Shown here: in pieces, positions 1-14,668 of the stretch
Layout: each line of letters opens with the position of its first letter
How positions within the stretch are numbered: position 1 is the first letter of the stretch
Origin: Paraspadella gotoi
Taxonomy: Eukaryota; Animalia; Chaetognatha
Length of the DNA: 64,000 bases
Direction of reading: 5' to 3'
Assembly (NCBI GenBank): GCA_051294375.1
Contig: CM119270.1
Location: forward strand, 7,870,812 to 7,934,811
Position numbers and translations under genes: made by a program
The notes under the pieces: model-generated
The model's input: only the letters and a program-made list of their open reading frames with translations
Database searches by the model: none
What the model was told of the DNA's origin: nothing

Positions 1-3000
1 TCCGTCGGGCTCGTAAACCTAATAGGGGAAAACCCTCCCGGCGAGATTCGCCATAAAAGGACGCGAGGCTTTTTAATTTTTTATCATTTTTTTAAATGAG
101 CGTCGGAGTCGTTTCAAGTCGAAGCTACTCGTCTCGAGGGCGGGACAATATCGAGACTTGACGACCGCTCGCTAATTGGCTCTCGGTTTATAAAGGCGAT
201 AGCGCTCTCTCAATGTTCGCTGAGATAATACGCGAGTCGCTACGAAGTTGACACCGATGATTTAGCCTGATGCTTCCCCCGATGGTTTCCTTTAGATGAA
301 CCTATTATGAGCAATTCTGGAATATAATCTTCGGATGAACATTCAATAAGAATATTCTTAATAAAATATTGTAAAAAAATATAATTCATAATTTAAGATT
401 TAAGTTTTACCTTTTTTTTTTAAATTTAACTTTATATTATTAAATATTTTACTTGAATCCCTAAAATGCCTTCCAATTTTCTGATGTTTCTTTCCTCCTG
501 GACTTCTCCTCGCCTCCGCAACGATACGCGACACCCTAATTTCCCTTTCCTTCCCCGGGGATCAATTCCCCGGGGATCGAACCCCCGTCGGTCTTCCTTC
601 ATTTTGAAATCGACCTCCCGGCGAGTCCTACTCTTGAGGGGAGGAGGCGGAGGAGGGGGTGTGTGGTGATTTTAAGGGGGAGGTGAAATCGAGGGGGTGA
701 TCGACCTGGGAGAGAGATTGATAATTTGGAGGAAGATGAAAAGGAATAGAATAAGAATAGAAGAAGAATAGAAGAAGAATAGAACAAAGAGGAAAAGAGG
801 ATAAGAAAATAAGCAGAGAAAGTTGTAAGGAAGAAGGAGGCAAAAGAAAGCGGGGGTAGTTTACTAACCCATGGCGGTGTCTCTATCGCAAGCAGGAGAG
901 TTGCGACGAAATGAGAACGGTTGTAACNNNNNNNNNNNNNNNNNNNNNNNNNNNNNNNNNNNNNNNNNNNNNNNNNNNNNNNNNNNNNNNNNNNNNNNNN
1001 NNNNNNNNNNNNNNNNNNNNNNNNNNNNNNNNNNNNNNNNAGAGAGAGAGAGAGAGATGACCGCAGCCAATTACGCCTACTTTCCGCTCCTCCGCTTTGG
1101 CTCCAACAGAGTTCAAAAATCCATCGATCCACTTTTCTTTTTCTTTCTATTTTTTTTTCAAAATGTCGCCATTTTTTTTCAACTCGGGCGTCGCCGTTGT
1201 TCGTTCAACCGAGTATGGTGGCGAGCCATTTGCGTCATCCGTTCTACCGTTTTTTTCCAAGATCTACTTAGTACACGGCTCTCTTTCTTACTTATTTAGT
1301 TTTGTTCTCAGTACTTTAGTTTTTTTTATTTTCAAACTGATTTTATTTCGTGACTCTTGGATTTCGTTGTATTTCTTGCTTGATGTTCTCCAGACTTCGC
1401 CATTGTCTCAAAAAATAATTTCAAATTTTTCTCCTTCTCTCCCATCGTTCTTCTTTCCCGTCCGTCTCTCTCCTCCTTACCTACCTATTACCTTCCTTCA
1501 TTCTTCTTTTTCTTTCTTCCTCTCTCCGTTTCCTCCCTTCCTCCCTCCCTTCCTCTCAGTCCCTGTCCTCTGCCGCCTCCTCGTTTTTGTCGAGTTTTTC
1601 GCGTTAATCAGCGTGAGACCAGAATTCATTTACGACGCTCCGTTGCCCGCTCCCCCTGGGCGAATGTGGGGCGGGCGGGGGGGGGTTCGAGCCAGATCAG
1701 GGCCAGGCTGTCGAGCAGAGGGGCGAGGGCTGAGAGAAGGAAGTAGGGGGGGGAACAATTTTTGGGGTTGCGCTCGAAAACGGAAGCGGTAAATTGACTT
1801 GTTGGGTAATTTGGAAAAGTCGGTAAATTGCTTCGTTAATTTATAATTTGTCGGTAAATTAGTTCGAAAGTTAATATTTNNNNNNNNNNNNNNNNNNNNN
1901 NNNNNNNNNNNNNNNNNNNNNNNNNNNNNNNNNNNNNNNNNNNNNNNNNNNNNNNNNNNNNNNNNNNNNNNNNNNNNNNNNNNNNNNNNNNNNNNNNNNN
2001 NNNNNNNNNNNNNNNNNNNNNNNNNNNNNNNNNNNNNNNNNNNNNNNNNNNNNNNNNNNNNNNNNNNNNNNNNNNNNNNNNNNNNNNNNNNNNNNNNNNN
2101 NNNNNNNNNNNNNNNNNNNNNNNNNNNNNNNNNNNNNNNNNNNNNNNNNNNNNNNNNNNNNNNNNNNNNNNNNNNNNNNNNNNNNNNNNNNNNNNNNNNN
2201 NNNNNNNNNNNNNNNNNNNNNNNNNNNNNNNNNNNNNNNNNNNNNNNNNNNNNNNNNNNNNNNNNNNNNNNNNNNNNNNNNNNNNNNNNNNNNNNNNNNN
2301 NNNNNNNNNNNNNNNNNNNNNNNNNNNNNNNNNNNNNNNNNNNNNNNNNNNNNNNNNNNNNNNNNNNNNNNNNNNNNNNNNNNNNNNNNNNNNNNNNNNN
2401 NNNNNNNNNNNNNNNNNNNNNNNNNNNNNNNNNNNNNNNNNNNNNNNNNNNNNNNNNNNNNNNNNNNNNNNNNNNNNNNNNNNNNNNNNNNNNNNNNNNN
2501 NNNNNNNNNNNNNNNNNNNNNNNNNNNNNNNNNNNNNNNNNNNNNNNNNNNNNNNNNNNNNNNNNNNNNNNNNNNNNNNNNNNTTTTTTTTTTAAATGGG
2601 ACGCAGGACGCGCGCACGATCTTCACATCGCGCGTATTCGCACGCGGGGAGGCGCGCGTGACCTGCCTTCGCGACCTCTATCGGTGGCAAGGGAATAGAC
2701 TCGCGGGCGCGGATGAGAGGCGCGTCGACCGCGATCGTTTCACGCAAGTTGATTGCGGTCAGAAAGTTGCGTGCACGTGAAGGAAGAAGTCCCTTGGTAG
2801 GCGATTCTGGGTGGCTCGTTAACCGCCTTCTGGAAAATGATGGGCGATTTGTTTACTTCAAAAAAGAGTTGTACATGTACGCGCACAGTTCTTGGACCAA
2901 GCAGTTTGTCGTGGAGTCAGCTCTAGCGTTTCGTACCTAAGATCGAAGATATATGAAGGTTCGCTGTCGATAAAAAATTCACACTGTTCTCGCTTACCTA

Positions 3001-4175
3001 CCTCTCTCCTCCTCCTTCTTCTACTCCTCCTTCTTCTCCTCCTCCTTCTTCCTCCTCTCCTTCTCCTTTTCCTCCTCCTCTCCCGCAACCGCCCCGAGCA
3101 ACGCTTCCCCAAGCGGAAGCGTACTGTCATTGGCCACAATCGTTCGACCAATCAGATTCGCCGGTTCGAAAGAGGGGGAGGAAAAAGAGAAGATTTAAAG
3201 GTCGATCCTCTCCCGCAGGGAAATCGAGTTTAAGAAAGGTTTTTTTTTTCCTCTGGTCTTTCTCCATTCAAAAGGGAATTCTTCACAAATGGGAGAATGG
3301 GGGATGTTAGGGAATTGGTCACTGGTCAGGGGGAAGTAGTCCAATAAGGATAACTGGGTAGTATAGTGTGGAATTGATACCGAATAGTAATTAGGATTGT
3401 AGTGCGATGAGAGAGTGAATGATGAGGGTCGCCGGGTTGTGGGAAACGAGAAGCGCGGAACTGTGGACTGTGGATAGAGTCAGTGGGTTTGGGGTAAAAG
3501 TGAGGCGAGGGCGGTGGCAGAGAATAGTTAGGGGTGAAGGGAATTGAGCGAGGGTATGTGGGGAGTCTCAATTGAAAGGCTGTAAAAAAATCCGCTTTCG
3601 AAAAAAAATTTTAAAATTCAATCTCTCGCTTAGCGACAATTTTCGTCGATGAATAACAAATCAAATCCATATCAATCTTTTATTTAGTGTTTTTTTTATT
3701 TTTAATTAACCTTGTGAAGTCCCCTTAGCGTTAGGGATAAAACATTAAATCAATCATAAAAAATAGAATGCTAAAAAATAATTATACCTCTACTATCGTT
3801 TATCATTAAATGGAAGTACTAAAAGCAAACATTTAAAAAACACTAATAAAACAGTGAAAAATTCAAAAATGGGTAAAAAATTCATGAGCAAGGGAGATAA
3901 ATAAGGGAGATGTGAAATAATAAAAAAGGGGGAAAGAGTTCCAAGAAAACATGCTAATTAAAACACTAATGAGAAAAAAAAACGAAAAAAGAAAAAAGAA
4001 AAAAGGAACTGGCAATTTTCTTGTCAGAGTTTAAAGAGGAAGATGTCGACAACGACAATGAAAAGGACGACGACGACGACGATGACAACGACGATGACAG
4101 CGAAGACGGTCATGAAGACGAAAAAAATAACCAGGGAGAAAAACCCCATTGCGGAAGAAAGAGAGAGAGAGAGAA

Positions 4176-4232
<57 letters not shown>

Positions 4233-4238
4233 AGAGAA

Positions 4239-4269
<31 letters not shown>

Positions 4270-5344
4270 TTGTGTCTTAACTGGAATTGACGAAGAAGAA
4301 GTTGAAAGTGGAAAGGAGAGACTTAAGTCTGAAGTCGCAAAGTCTTGAGTCTCGACGCGAAAGAGGAGACGACGGCGGAAAGAGAAAAACAAAAACAAAA
4401 ACAATAAACAAAACAAAATAAATATACCTTTTGAAACCAGAAAGATAATGTAACATATAAAATGTATAATCTTCATGATACTAATCAGCTAATCACGTGA
4501 GAGAATTATTGTTTGTTGTTCATTGATGTATTATCAATTGTTTGTTCGTAAAATCATATCCAAATAGTATAACTAAAACTTTTTATCATTATTGCTCAAA
4601 ATATACTCTTTCATTTTTCTTCAGGTCGAGTGATTTCAACTTAGGATCAAATCTGCCACCTGCAAAGCACCTGCAATGGAGCCGACCTCTCGAATTGGCA
4701 CCTGCGTTGGCGAATTCGGGTGACATCTGGATTTTTGCATCTGAAATGAAACATCGGGAAAACTAAAGTCGGCAAAAGTTCCTGTGACAGACGTTCTCAT
4801 GCTGACGAGAACAAATTAGGTAATGTTAAAAACAAAACTAATTTGATTTAATTTTTTTTTTTTTCGGCATGAATACACGACTTCTCGCTCTCGTTATTTG
4901 CACTGTTTTCCTGGATACAAAAATTAACTCATTTGAAAGAATAAATTTAAAGAGGGAATAGTTGGAATGATAGAAAATCTCCCCTATTTGTTTCGTTACT
5001 ATGAGAATCGATGTTGAATCTTTCACGATGTTCCGCCATCTTATTTGTTGACTGTTTCTGACTTTTTCTTCCTCGCAGGCATCACGTCTCGACGTCTCGT
5101 GACAAAAATTTTTTGAGCTTTTTTTGCTTCTGGGTTTTTTATATTTACTTGTAATATTTTTTTTCTCTTTCGTTCACTCGAAGCTTTCTTTCTTCAAAAT
5201 GTGACTCCATCACTTTCACTCTTTTTTTTTTTGGTTCATTTTTTTCAGTCAGATTTTGACGACATGTCCCGTGGGTGTTGATATCGTCGTTATAAAAGGA
5301 AAGCAAACTTACTAAAAATGTCGTAATACATGCCCTTGTTTTCA

Positions 5345-5376
<32 letters not shown>

Positions 5377-5929
5377 ATTTCTCTCTCTCTCCTCTCTCTC
5401 TCTCTTTCTCTTCTTTTCTTCTCTCTTTCTCTCTCTCTCTCCCTCTTCCCGATCCCTTACTTTCTTTCTGTTTTTCCTTCACTCTCTCTCTCTTCCTAAC
5501 TTTTCACTCTCTCTCTTCCAAATATGGACCTCATTTTTCTCCATGCTGGCGTAAAAACGTCGCTCGAAAATCCGCTGAAATTAGACCCGAGCGAGGAAAA
5601 GATCCCTGGGTCCTTAATGTCCGAGGTCCATTCCTTCCTTCTTTTCTTTAAGTATTCATTCCTTTCCTTTCCACTTAACTATTCACTTCTTCTCTTTCTT
5701 TTCCTTTTCGACTTAAAGAGACTCATTTATTCCATTTTTTTCTTTTCTTTTTGATTTTAGGATACCTTTTTTCGTTTGACTGAGCTATTTATTTATTTAA
5801 TTTCCCCATAACTAAAGTATGAACTATTTTCTTTTCTTTTACTCCATATCTTAAATATTCATTTATTCTTCTTTAATACTTTTTCTCACTCTTAATTCCT
5901 TATTTTTTTCAGCATCCAGCACATTATGA

Positions 5930-6145
5930 TAAATTATGCAAAAAAAAAGATGCAATTTAAAAAAAATATTCAAGTTTAAAAAATTATGCAAGTTGAAAAA
6001 ATGATGCAAGTTAAAAAAAATGATGCAAGTTAAAAAAAATGATGCAAGTTGAAAAAATGACGCGAATTGTAAAAATGATGCAAATTGAAAAAATAATGTG
6101 AGTTGAAAAAATGATGTGAGTGGAAAAAATGATGCGAGTTAAACA
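5930..6145 (+). repeat. ~19-20-bp minisatellite (aaaaaaatgatgcaagtt)
   Basis: About 10 visible tandem units. Confidence 0.9.
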
Positions 6146-6167
6146 AAATTTTAAAAAAATATTGTGA

Positions 6168-7525
6168 TTTATCATGTGATTAGCTGATTACCGCTTAATT
6201 ATCGTAGGCAGATCCGACATTGTTTGCTCAAACTTGTTATTTTCCAACTCCCATTAGTCCATCTTGCTTATTTTTTTAGTTATGATCTGATTAATATACC
6301 ATGATTGAATTTCAAAAAAAGAAAACTTTTGCATTTGAATAGTACCTTATATAAGTATATATAGTAAGTAATATTTTTACCAAAAAAAAGTTTTAAAATT
6401 TGGGTTTATCTTACAAATATAGATATTATATAGATGTTCTGATCAGTTAGGATCAAAAATTGAAAGATTTATCGTCATTTATCATCTTTTTAACCGCTTA
6501 ATTATCGTAGGAAGATCCGACATTGTTTTCTAAATAAAAGACAATTCAAAAATAAATTTACCCGCTTTTTTCTGTCGGTTATCTTCGAACATGGAGGGGT
6601 AGCGTCTCTCTGTAATCCTGGCTTCGGGAATGTTCGAGCGAGCATGGGATGCGATTCAACGCGAGGCGCGTTCTCGGTATACCAATCACTAGGGAAACCG
6701 CCGTTGCACCAGAGTTCCATCTGCAGCTTAACGAGTGGTGTCATGGCGGTAAGTTCCTAGTCAACTAAAGACCATCAGGTTGTCTGGGTCATTAAAAAAA
6801 AACCAACACACTAAACACTTGTTATTCTGAAAATCCTTACATTAGATAGCGTTGCACATTTAGTCTATATCTTAGATAGCATGTTTCTGAAAAAACAAAT
6901 ATTAAAATCACAAAAAAAGCATTAAATTAAACATTCTCGCCCGCTAAGCTGCCTGGTGTCTCGTCGGTTTCCCGAGTGAATCAAATTGGGAAATCGAGAA
7001 TCAGCATCGTTTCGTTGGTCGTCCTTTCCCAGACTCGCTTGACTATTTTTTGCCTTAATTCTTTTAAATTTTTTTTTCCGTCGTCCTCCTTGTATTAAAA
7101 TGTACAATAGCCATAATATGCCCATCGATCTACTCCCCGGTGGCGCATTGATTATTAGGGTCGGAACAGGTTGAAAATTAAAAGTTCTCTCAAATAGACT
7201 ATGGTAAAGTGACTGTTAGATAATATGAAAATGAAAATAATTTTAGCATTAAACTCCAATTACTCGTGATTGGATGGATGGATGGGAAATAAAGTTGGTG
7301 TGTGGGTAGGAAATTGTGTGATTGAGCTGGATATAAAGTTTCGAAAAAAATGACAATAATGTAAAAGAGAGGAAAAGTTAGAAAAGAACCACCAATTAAA
7401 AATATTAAAAATAAAATAAAATAAACAAAACAATATTTCAAGATTTATCATAATTTATCATCTGATTAGCCGCTCACCGCTAAATAATCGTGGGCAGATC
7501 CGACATTGTTTGATCAAACTTGTTT
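6168..7525 (+). repeat. Three dispersed copies of a ~40-70-bp motif (6168-6238, 6494-6528, 7455-7525)
   Basis: accgcttaattatcgtagg(c/a)agatccgacattgttt repeated locally. Confidence 0.8.
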
Positions 7526-8013
7526 TTTTCTTGCTTCCATATTTCATTTCTGCTTTCTCACGATCCTCTCTTTTTTCTTACCTTGGTCGAACTCCAACGG
7601 AAAACATAACCAACAACAACAACAACAAAACACAAAAATAACGACCGACGGCGATGAATTATAATTAATAATTATTATTAATAATTATTAATTATTATAA
7701 TAAATTCTCTTCTGGTTAAATATTTCCGTTTTTGGTTATCGTCCCCGGTCGATCGTATTCACGACAACGCTGTTATTTTTTTATGCGAAGAACAACCGCA
7801 TTACGTTTTTTTTTTACGATCACTTTTTCTTTTGGTTTTTCGGGGTATATGTAGTATGTACACGAAAAATGATGTACCGTATATGTAGAATTTTTATGTC
7901 GCTCTAGAAATATTTATTGAGGGAATAAAGGAGAAAGTTGTTGCCATATTTCTTTCAATTTACTTTCCTTTATTTTTTCTCCTTTGTTTTTCTTTTCTTT
8001 TTATACTTTTCAC

Positions 8014-8358
8014 TTTTTAGTTGCTCCGGGAGTACTCGCGGAGCAACTCTATAAGTCACTTTTCTGTCGGTCGGATCGGTATATCTGTCCGTCGGTATGT
8101 CTGTCCGTCGGTATGTCTGTCCGTCGGTCTGTCCCACTTAAGTTAAAAATGCTCATAACTTTCATATTTGCTCATTTGTTAGATAGGAAAAAACCTCAAA
8201 TCTTGGGGACTGCGAGCGCCGCCTTCAGGAAATAAGAGACAAAAGACAAAATTCCGATGCAGTGCTTGTCATAAATACACGGGCTAAGAAAGTTATGGTA
8301 GACATGTAGTCATGTAATGTCATGTCACAAGAAACATATTTGAATTACCGTTCTTGTT
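8014..8358 (+). mobile_element. Non-autonomous Helentron/DINE-1-like element (family B), copy 1
   Basis: 5' T-run followed by the inverted repeat TTGCTCCG..CGGAGCAA, a GTCY-type microsatellite (gtccgtcggt)n, and a 3' end ttcttgtt. Homologous to 49332-49655. The class is inferred from architecture. Confidence 0.6.
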
Positions 8359-8456
8359 TTCTTATTTTCCTGAGTTTTTGCTTTTTTTTTTATCGCATCG
8401 CGTGTTTCTGTCAAACGGGAAAGAAACTCGATTGGACTTTCGATAATCGTACTTGT

Positions 8457-8721
8457 ATGGAATTGGTACAACCAATATAAAAATTATCCATTCATTTAAT
8501 AAATAAGCTATCTTGCTCCTGACTTTGGACAGGCTTTGGTGGTTTAAGGCCTCCATCACTCTTACAAGATAATGACATAGCAGGTCCCCGCAAGCTTTCA
8601 ATCAAGACTCTCTCACAGACTCGTTTATTCACTCCCAGAGTACCTAGCTTCCTATCAATTAAGTGGAAAATATTTCAAAGAATGTTTCAATTGTATGAAA
8701 AGACCACTCCCTTAAGTATTA
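8457..8721 (-). mobile_element. Unclassified ~270-bp interspersed repeat (family A), copy 1
   Basis: Near-identical to 12833-13083 (opposite orientation) and 13326-13536. Has a terminal hairpin ATTGGTtgtACCAAT. Confidence 0.8.
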
Positions 8722-9481
8722 TGTATTTTATGTATTTTATGTATTTTGTCCGATAAATTTGAATATTATCTTCTTTTCTTTTCTTTTCTTTTCTTTTCTG
8801 TTTCTTTTCTTTTCTTTTCTTTCTTTTCTTTTCTTTTTTTTCTTTCCTTTCCTTTCCTTTCTTTCCTTTCCTTTCCTTTCCTTTCCTTCTTTCCTTTCTT
8901 TCCTTTCCTTTCCTTTCCTTTCTTTCCTTTCCTTTTCTTTCCTTGTCCATTTCCTTAAGAAAAACAACTCTCCTCGCTCCCCCAATAACTTCGAATTTCC
9001 ACTCGGCGAACAACCGGGGAGTATTTTGCGTATCGAGCATATTATCCCCAGAAAGTTTCCTTAGTTTCGCAACCTCGTACAATAAGCGATTCATTTTGAT
9101 CCCAAATTGAATCCCTTAATCTCTCCCCTCTCGTTTCACAAAAAAAAATATTATGATTTGGAAGGAAAGAAAATTTTAGACCCAAAGAAAGAACAAAAAA
9201 AAAAAAAAGATTTCGTCGAATTTGAAAAAAAATTTTGTTGACGTAATTTCGCGGCGAGATCAAAGGGAAATTGATCCGCCTTCTTAAGCCGACGAGCGCT
9301 GGTTCCATCCCATCCGGTCGAGATTCGCAGACGCCAGATGGAATCGAGGGATGGCATCTGTTCGACGAAAGATGGCGCGGAACGACGCGGATGTCGAATT
9401 TTAGGCGGTGGATGGCAAAAAAAACCAAAAAAAAACGAAGCCATTGCTAGGCGATTTAAAGCGATTTTAAAGCTAGATAGG

Positions 9482-9560
<79 letters not shown>

Positions 9561-10327
9561 ATAGATGGTAGATCGCATTTAAAGATGACATAGCCCTCTT
9601 ATGTCACGAAATGGAATTAAACAATGCAAAATTAATGATCCTTTTTTATTTAGCAAAAGTACAAAAGTGCCAAGACATTAATAACCTAAGCAAAGTTTCT
9701 TCTGACTGATTCCTTATTATTTGCTATCGGACAATGAACGGTCATCAGAAACCATCAGCGCCAGAAGGACCAAATCCCTTCTGGTTCTTCTGTCGACGAG
9801 AAATTGGATTAAATCAACTTTGACAAATCTTATCTTTAATTTAAGGAGGCCAATTTTAAGCCCTTCGTGAGCTTTATTTCACTCAGCTTTGCTTCGAATT
9901 TTCTGGTAATAATCAGTAATGATTAAAAATTATTTTTTTTACTTTATAGTTCGATTAAAATTTTAATGTTAACCCACCACTTGGAAATCGTTTAAAAATC
10001 TAATTAAAAAACTATTTTTAACTTTATTTAGTTAAATTTATCGAAAAATTGTTGTCTTTTTTTAAAACTTATCAAATTTTCATTCGATGCTCGATTTTTT
10101 GTAATAACCTGCGCAATTTGTATCTCATAACTTCTACTTTCATTCTCTCCGAATCTGATCCCCATTCACTTTAGCTACTCTGAATCACATCATCTCCACT
10201 TTCACTTCCTCTGAATCCACTTGAGTTTTAATACCAACAATCAAAACAACGAGTTTAAATTGGATTAACTGGCGCCGACAAAGAAGCGGAATTCCCTTTC
10301 CTTTTGTCACAGACGGTTCTTGTTTCT

Positions 10328-10419
<92 letters not shown>

Positions 10420-10718
10420 TCTCTCTCTTCTCTCTCTCTCTCCTCTTTCCATCTAATGTTCGTCTCTCAGTCACAATTCACATGTCCCTACCTCTCTCAC
10501 TTGTTCTCTCACCCTACTTTTTTTTTCTTGCCGCTTCGAAGTGTTTAATCTTGACAAGCGAGTATCTCTTTGGCTGCATCTTTTTGACTGCATCTCCCTG
10601 ACTGCAATCAAGCGCTCTCTTCCCCGTCGTCAAAAGAAACCGTTTTTCAAATTTCGACTTTGCAGACATAAAAGTTTTACGATTTAGAAATTGAACCAAA
10701 CAAACTCCCTCTTTATTT

Positions 10719-10780
<62 letters not shown>

Positions 10781-12320
10781 ACTCCGTCTGTCTCCATCTG
10801 GTCTCTCTCTCTCTCACTTTCTCTCCTTCTAGTTTCCCTCTTTCATTTTTTAGCCACGGATATTTCATTTTGTTTCCTATTTTTTTTTTCTATTTTCCTT
10901 CTCATAAGGTTTTTTTCAATTATTTTTTTACTTTCCATTCGAATTTTATTTTTTATTTTTTGTCTTTTAAACTTTTTTCAATTTGCTTTCAATTTATTCT
11001 CAAGTTTTTCTCTTGTCGCCCTTTTGCTTTTCCTACTTTTTTTTATTTGCCTTTTTAAGAGATTTTTATCACGCGAAACTAATACAAGAAAATCTAAGTA
11101 GCTCTCTAATGCAATTTTTTTCACTTTTCTTGGTAACCAATTTTTAAGTTTCACTTAAAAAAAAACCTCATCTTTCGTTTTTACTAAAGTCAAATAATAT
11201 ATTATATAATATGATATATATTAAAGTAATATAATTTTAAAAGACATAACCAAGAAACAAGTACAAATAAACGAAAGAAATCAGTAATCAAAGTCAGATT
11301 TTATATTTTACAAACTCTTCAAAAATTGTTCAGTCGATTTAATCTTAGAAAATAAAAATAAAAAAAAAAATTTGGAATCTAAACAAAAATATTTTCTTCC
11401 TCACTTTGTTCTTTTTTTTGATGATCAAGTTTTCCTTTCTTTTCTTCTTTCTTTCTCTCTTTCTTTCTTTCTTACTTTATTTCTTTGTTTGTTTTTTGTT
11501 TGTTTGTTTTTTCTGTCTTTCTTTCTTTCTTTCTTTTTTCTTTCTCTCTTTCTTTCTTTCTTTTCTTCTTTTTTTTCTTTCTTTCTTCATTTCTTTCGTT
11601 CTTGCATGTCTCGCGACTACTTTCCTTCATCTTTATGCTTTTCTAAATCTTTTTTTTTCATTACATATTCTTTCTCTTTCATTTCTTCGACTTGTTTTCA
11701 TAATTTTTCGTTGAAAAACCATTCCCTCTCTTTTTCCAAGTTTTCCTTTTTTTTTTCTCGTGTCTCTCCTCTTCCCCTCATTACTGTTTGTCATTTTTTC
11801 CCTTTTATTTTCCTCCTTTTTTTCTTTCCTCTTCATTTCCTCCCATTACTTTTCTTCGCTCTTCTCTTTTTTTTCCTTCTTGAGACCTCCTGCGCCGCGC
11901 GAATAAAATCATTGATCTTAATGTAAAACCTCATCATTGTCGGCGACGCAACATCGTCGTCATCGTCATCATCATCATCATTATTATCATCCTGATCATC
12001 GTTATCGTCATCATCATCATCATCATCTCCATTTTCTTTACAATCGTTATTGTCATAACAATCATCTGTATCACCGTTGTCAGAAGCCATTGTCGCCGTC
12101 GTCTTCATAATTGAGTTATTTTTTTATCGTCGTCGTTGTCAAGGTCGTCTTTATCTTTTATATTTGTCAGCGTCATCGTCGTCATCGTCATCGTAATCGG
12201 CGTCCATGATTCGTATTCATTTTATCCTCTTTTTATTTCCTTTTTTATTCCGCCTTAATTTTTTCATTACGCTCCAACAGTTTTTCGAGACAAGGAAAAA
12301 ATGAAAAGACGGAGAGGAAG

Positions 12321-12399
<79 letters not shown>

Positions 12400-12832
12400 T
12401 TAATCACTTGCATTCAAATGTCACCGAGGTTGAATATCGCTTTGTATTCTCTCTCTTCTTTGCCGGCTTCCTAAAAAAAAACAGACTTAAAAAGAGGTTT
12501 TGAATTTAATGTTTGAAATAAACTTTTCCACTCGAGTACAGTGTAAAAATCTGGCTATGTTTTCTACAACTCCAAACAAATTTAAATATTATATTTTATA
12601 TTGGTTTTGAATTTAATTCAAATATTTTAACGATCCTTGCTCGTCCGATTTAATTACTCATAAAAAGATCGGATATTTGCTCTACTACCTAATTTATTGA
12701 GAAAAAGTTGCGACTACGATTTTTCAAGACGAAGCTAAAGGGAAAAGGCCTAAAGGGCAAATGAATCCTGAAGATTGTTTAATTTCAACTCTAAACCTAC
12801 TCACTACTCAAAGTTTTACTTATGTAATATAA

Positions 12833-13083
12833 TGGTCTTTTCATACAATTGAAACATTCTTTGAAATATTTTCCACTTCATTGATAGGGAAGCCAGGTAC
12901 TCTGGGAGTGAATAAACGAGACTGTGAGAGAGTCTTGATTGAAAGCTTGCAGGGACCTGCTATGTCATTATCTTGTAAGAGTGATGGAGGCCTTAAACCA
13001 CCAAAGCCTGTCCAAAGTCAGGGGCAAGATAGCTTATTTATTAAATGAATGGATAATTTTTATATTGGTTGTACCAATTTCAT
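12833..13083 (+). mobile_element. Family A repeat, copy 2
   Basis: tggtcttttcatacaattgaaac...gaaagcttgcagggacctgc...ggttgtaccaatttcat, shared with the other copies. Confidence 0.8.
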
Positions 13084-13325
13084 AATATAATATTTCGCCA
13101 TCAGACATCACTTTTCGACCATTCGTCGCGGCCAAGTTGGAGATTTTCAGCGAGTCAAGGAAGCAGTAAAAGTGTCGGTACCGAGTATCTGACGGGCGGG
13201 ACAGAAGTGCGAGGCGGGGGTTCAGGTTTGATTAATAAGGAAACTTCTTCGTTGTCTTTATCTCTCGCAGATGCCCTTGTTTATCGTCGGAGAATCCAGA
13301 TTATCTTAAAACGAAATTCGATTGG

Positions 13326-13536
13326 ATGAAATTGGTACAACCAATATAAAATTATCCATTCATTTAATAAATAAGCTATCTTGCCCCTGACTTTGGACAG
13401 GCTTTGGTGGTTTAAGGCCTCCATCACTCTTACAAGATAATTACATAGCAGGTCCCTGCAAGCTTTCAATCAAGACTCTCTCACAGTCCCGTTTATTCAC
13501 TCCCAGAGTACCTGGCTTCCCTATCAATGAAGTGGA
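13326..13536 (-). mobile_element. Family A repeat, copy 3 (inverted relative to copy 2)
   Basis: Reverse complement of 12872-13083 with very few differences. Confidence 0.8.
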
Positions 13537-14629
13537 TGTTATAGGATTCCTAAGAGAGTAAGTAATCAAGAGAATCCAAGAGAATTCAGATACATACCCC
13601 TTGTCCGAACGCGAGACATCTTGATTCTATATTCCACATTTCCATTTCGATATCCTAGTGACGTATCCCCAACTTCCTTTGCGCCCAAAGACGTCGAACA
13701 CCCGTTTCTGGTTCTGTCATTTATTTCCGTTTCCAATTTTCTCCGCATTCCACTTTTCTTTTGTGTCTTAAACAAACGAATTTGTATGCAAATTGGCGCC
13801 AGATATTCGCCAAAAGAAAAGAAGCTTTAATCATGGCGGAAATTTTCTCGTCTTTTAATTTTTTGTTCTTCTTTTTTGGTTCTTTTTTCTTTGCGTTTCT
13901 CGACATTTTTTTTCTTCTCTTTATTTTTTTTTCTCTTTTTTCCTTTCCTCTTTCTGTTTCCTACGAACTGTCGAGTTTATGAGCCGGATATTTTGAGGGG
14001 GGCGAACAAAGTCACAAGCGAGCGAGTCGAGCTTGGTGACAAAAAGGACTTCTGATTGTCGTCAATCCGAGGGTAACAATATATCGGTTCTCACAAATTT
14101 AGTTCATTTTTCCTGACAATGCNNNNNNNNNNNNNNNNNNNNNNNNNNNNNNNNNNNNNNNNNNNNNNNNNNNNNNNNNNNNNNNNNNNNNNNNNNNNNN
14201 NNNNNNNNNNNNNNNNNNNNNNNNNNNNNNNNNNNNNGGGGGGGGGAAATTTTGGTGAATCTTTCCAGCCACAGTCTGCTCATTTGAAATGGTGAATTAT
14301 TCATGGAACGACCGACGAGCTTATTCACACTCTCACCCACTGCGAAGGGATCTTTCACAGCCGCGGAGTGATTCACGACACCCACACACGAAAGTTGGGA
14401 GAGTTTTGGAAGAGTAACATACCTAACGTACATAACTTGGATTTTTACTAATTTATTGATTGTTAGTAACGTCGGTTCTACTTTAGATTTTGGTTCGGAT
14501 CGTTTACGTAGTTTTTAGAATTTTTGAAAAAGGCTCCTCACTCTGTAAATACGAGGGGAGCATTTCTTACGGAGAGATAGGAGCTTCTGGAGACGGACGT
14601 CACACCCCTTGTTTACGCTGAGGAGATAA

Positions 14630-14668
<39 letters not shown>

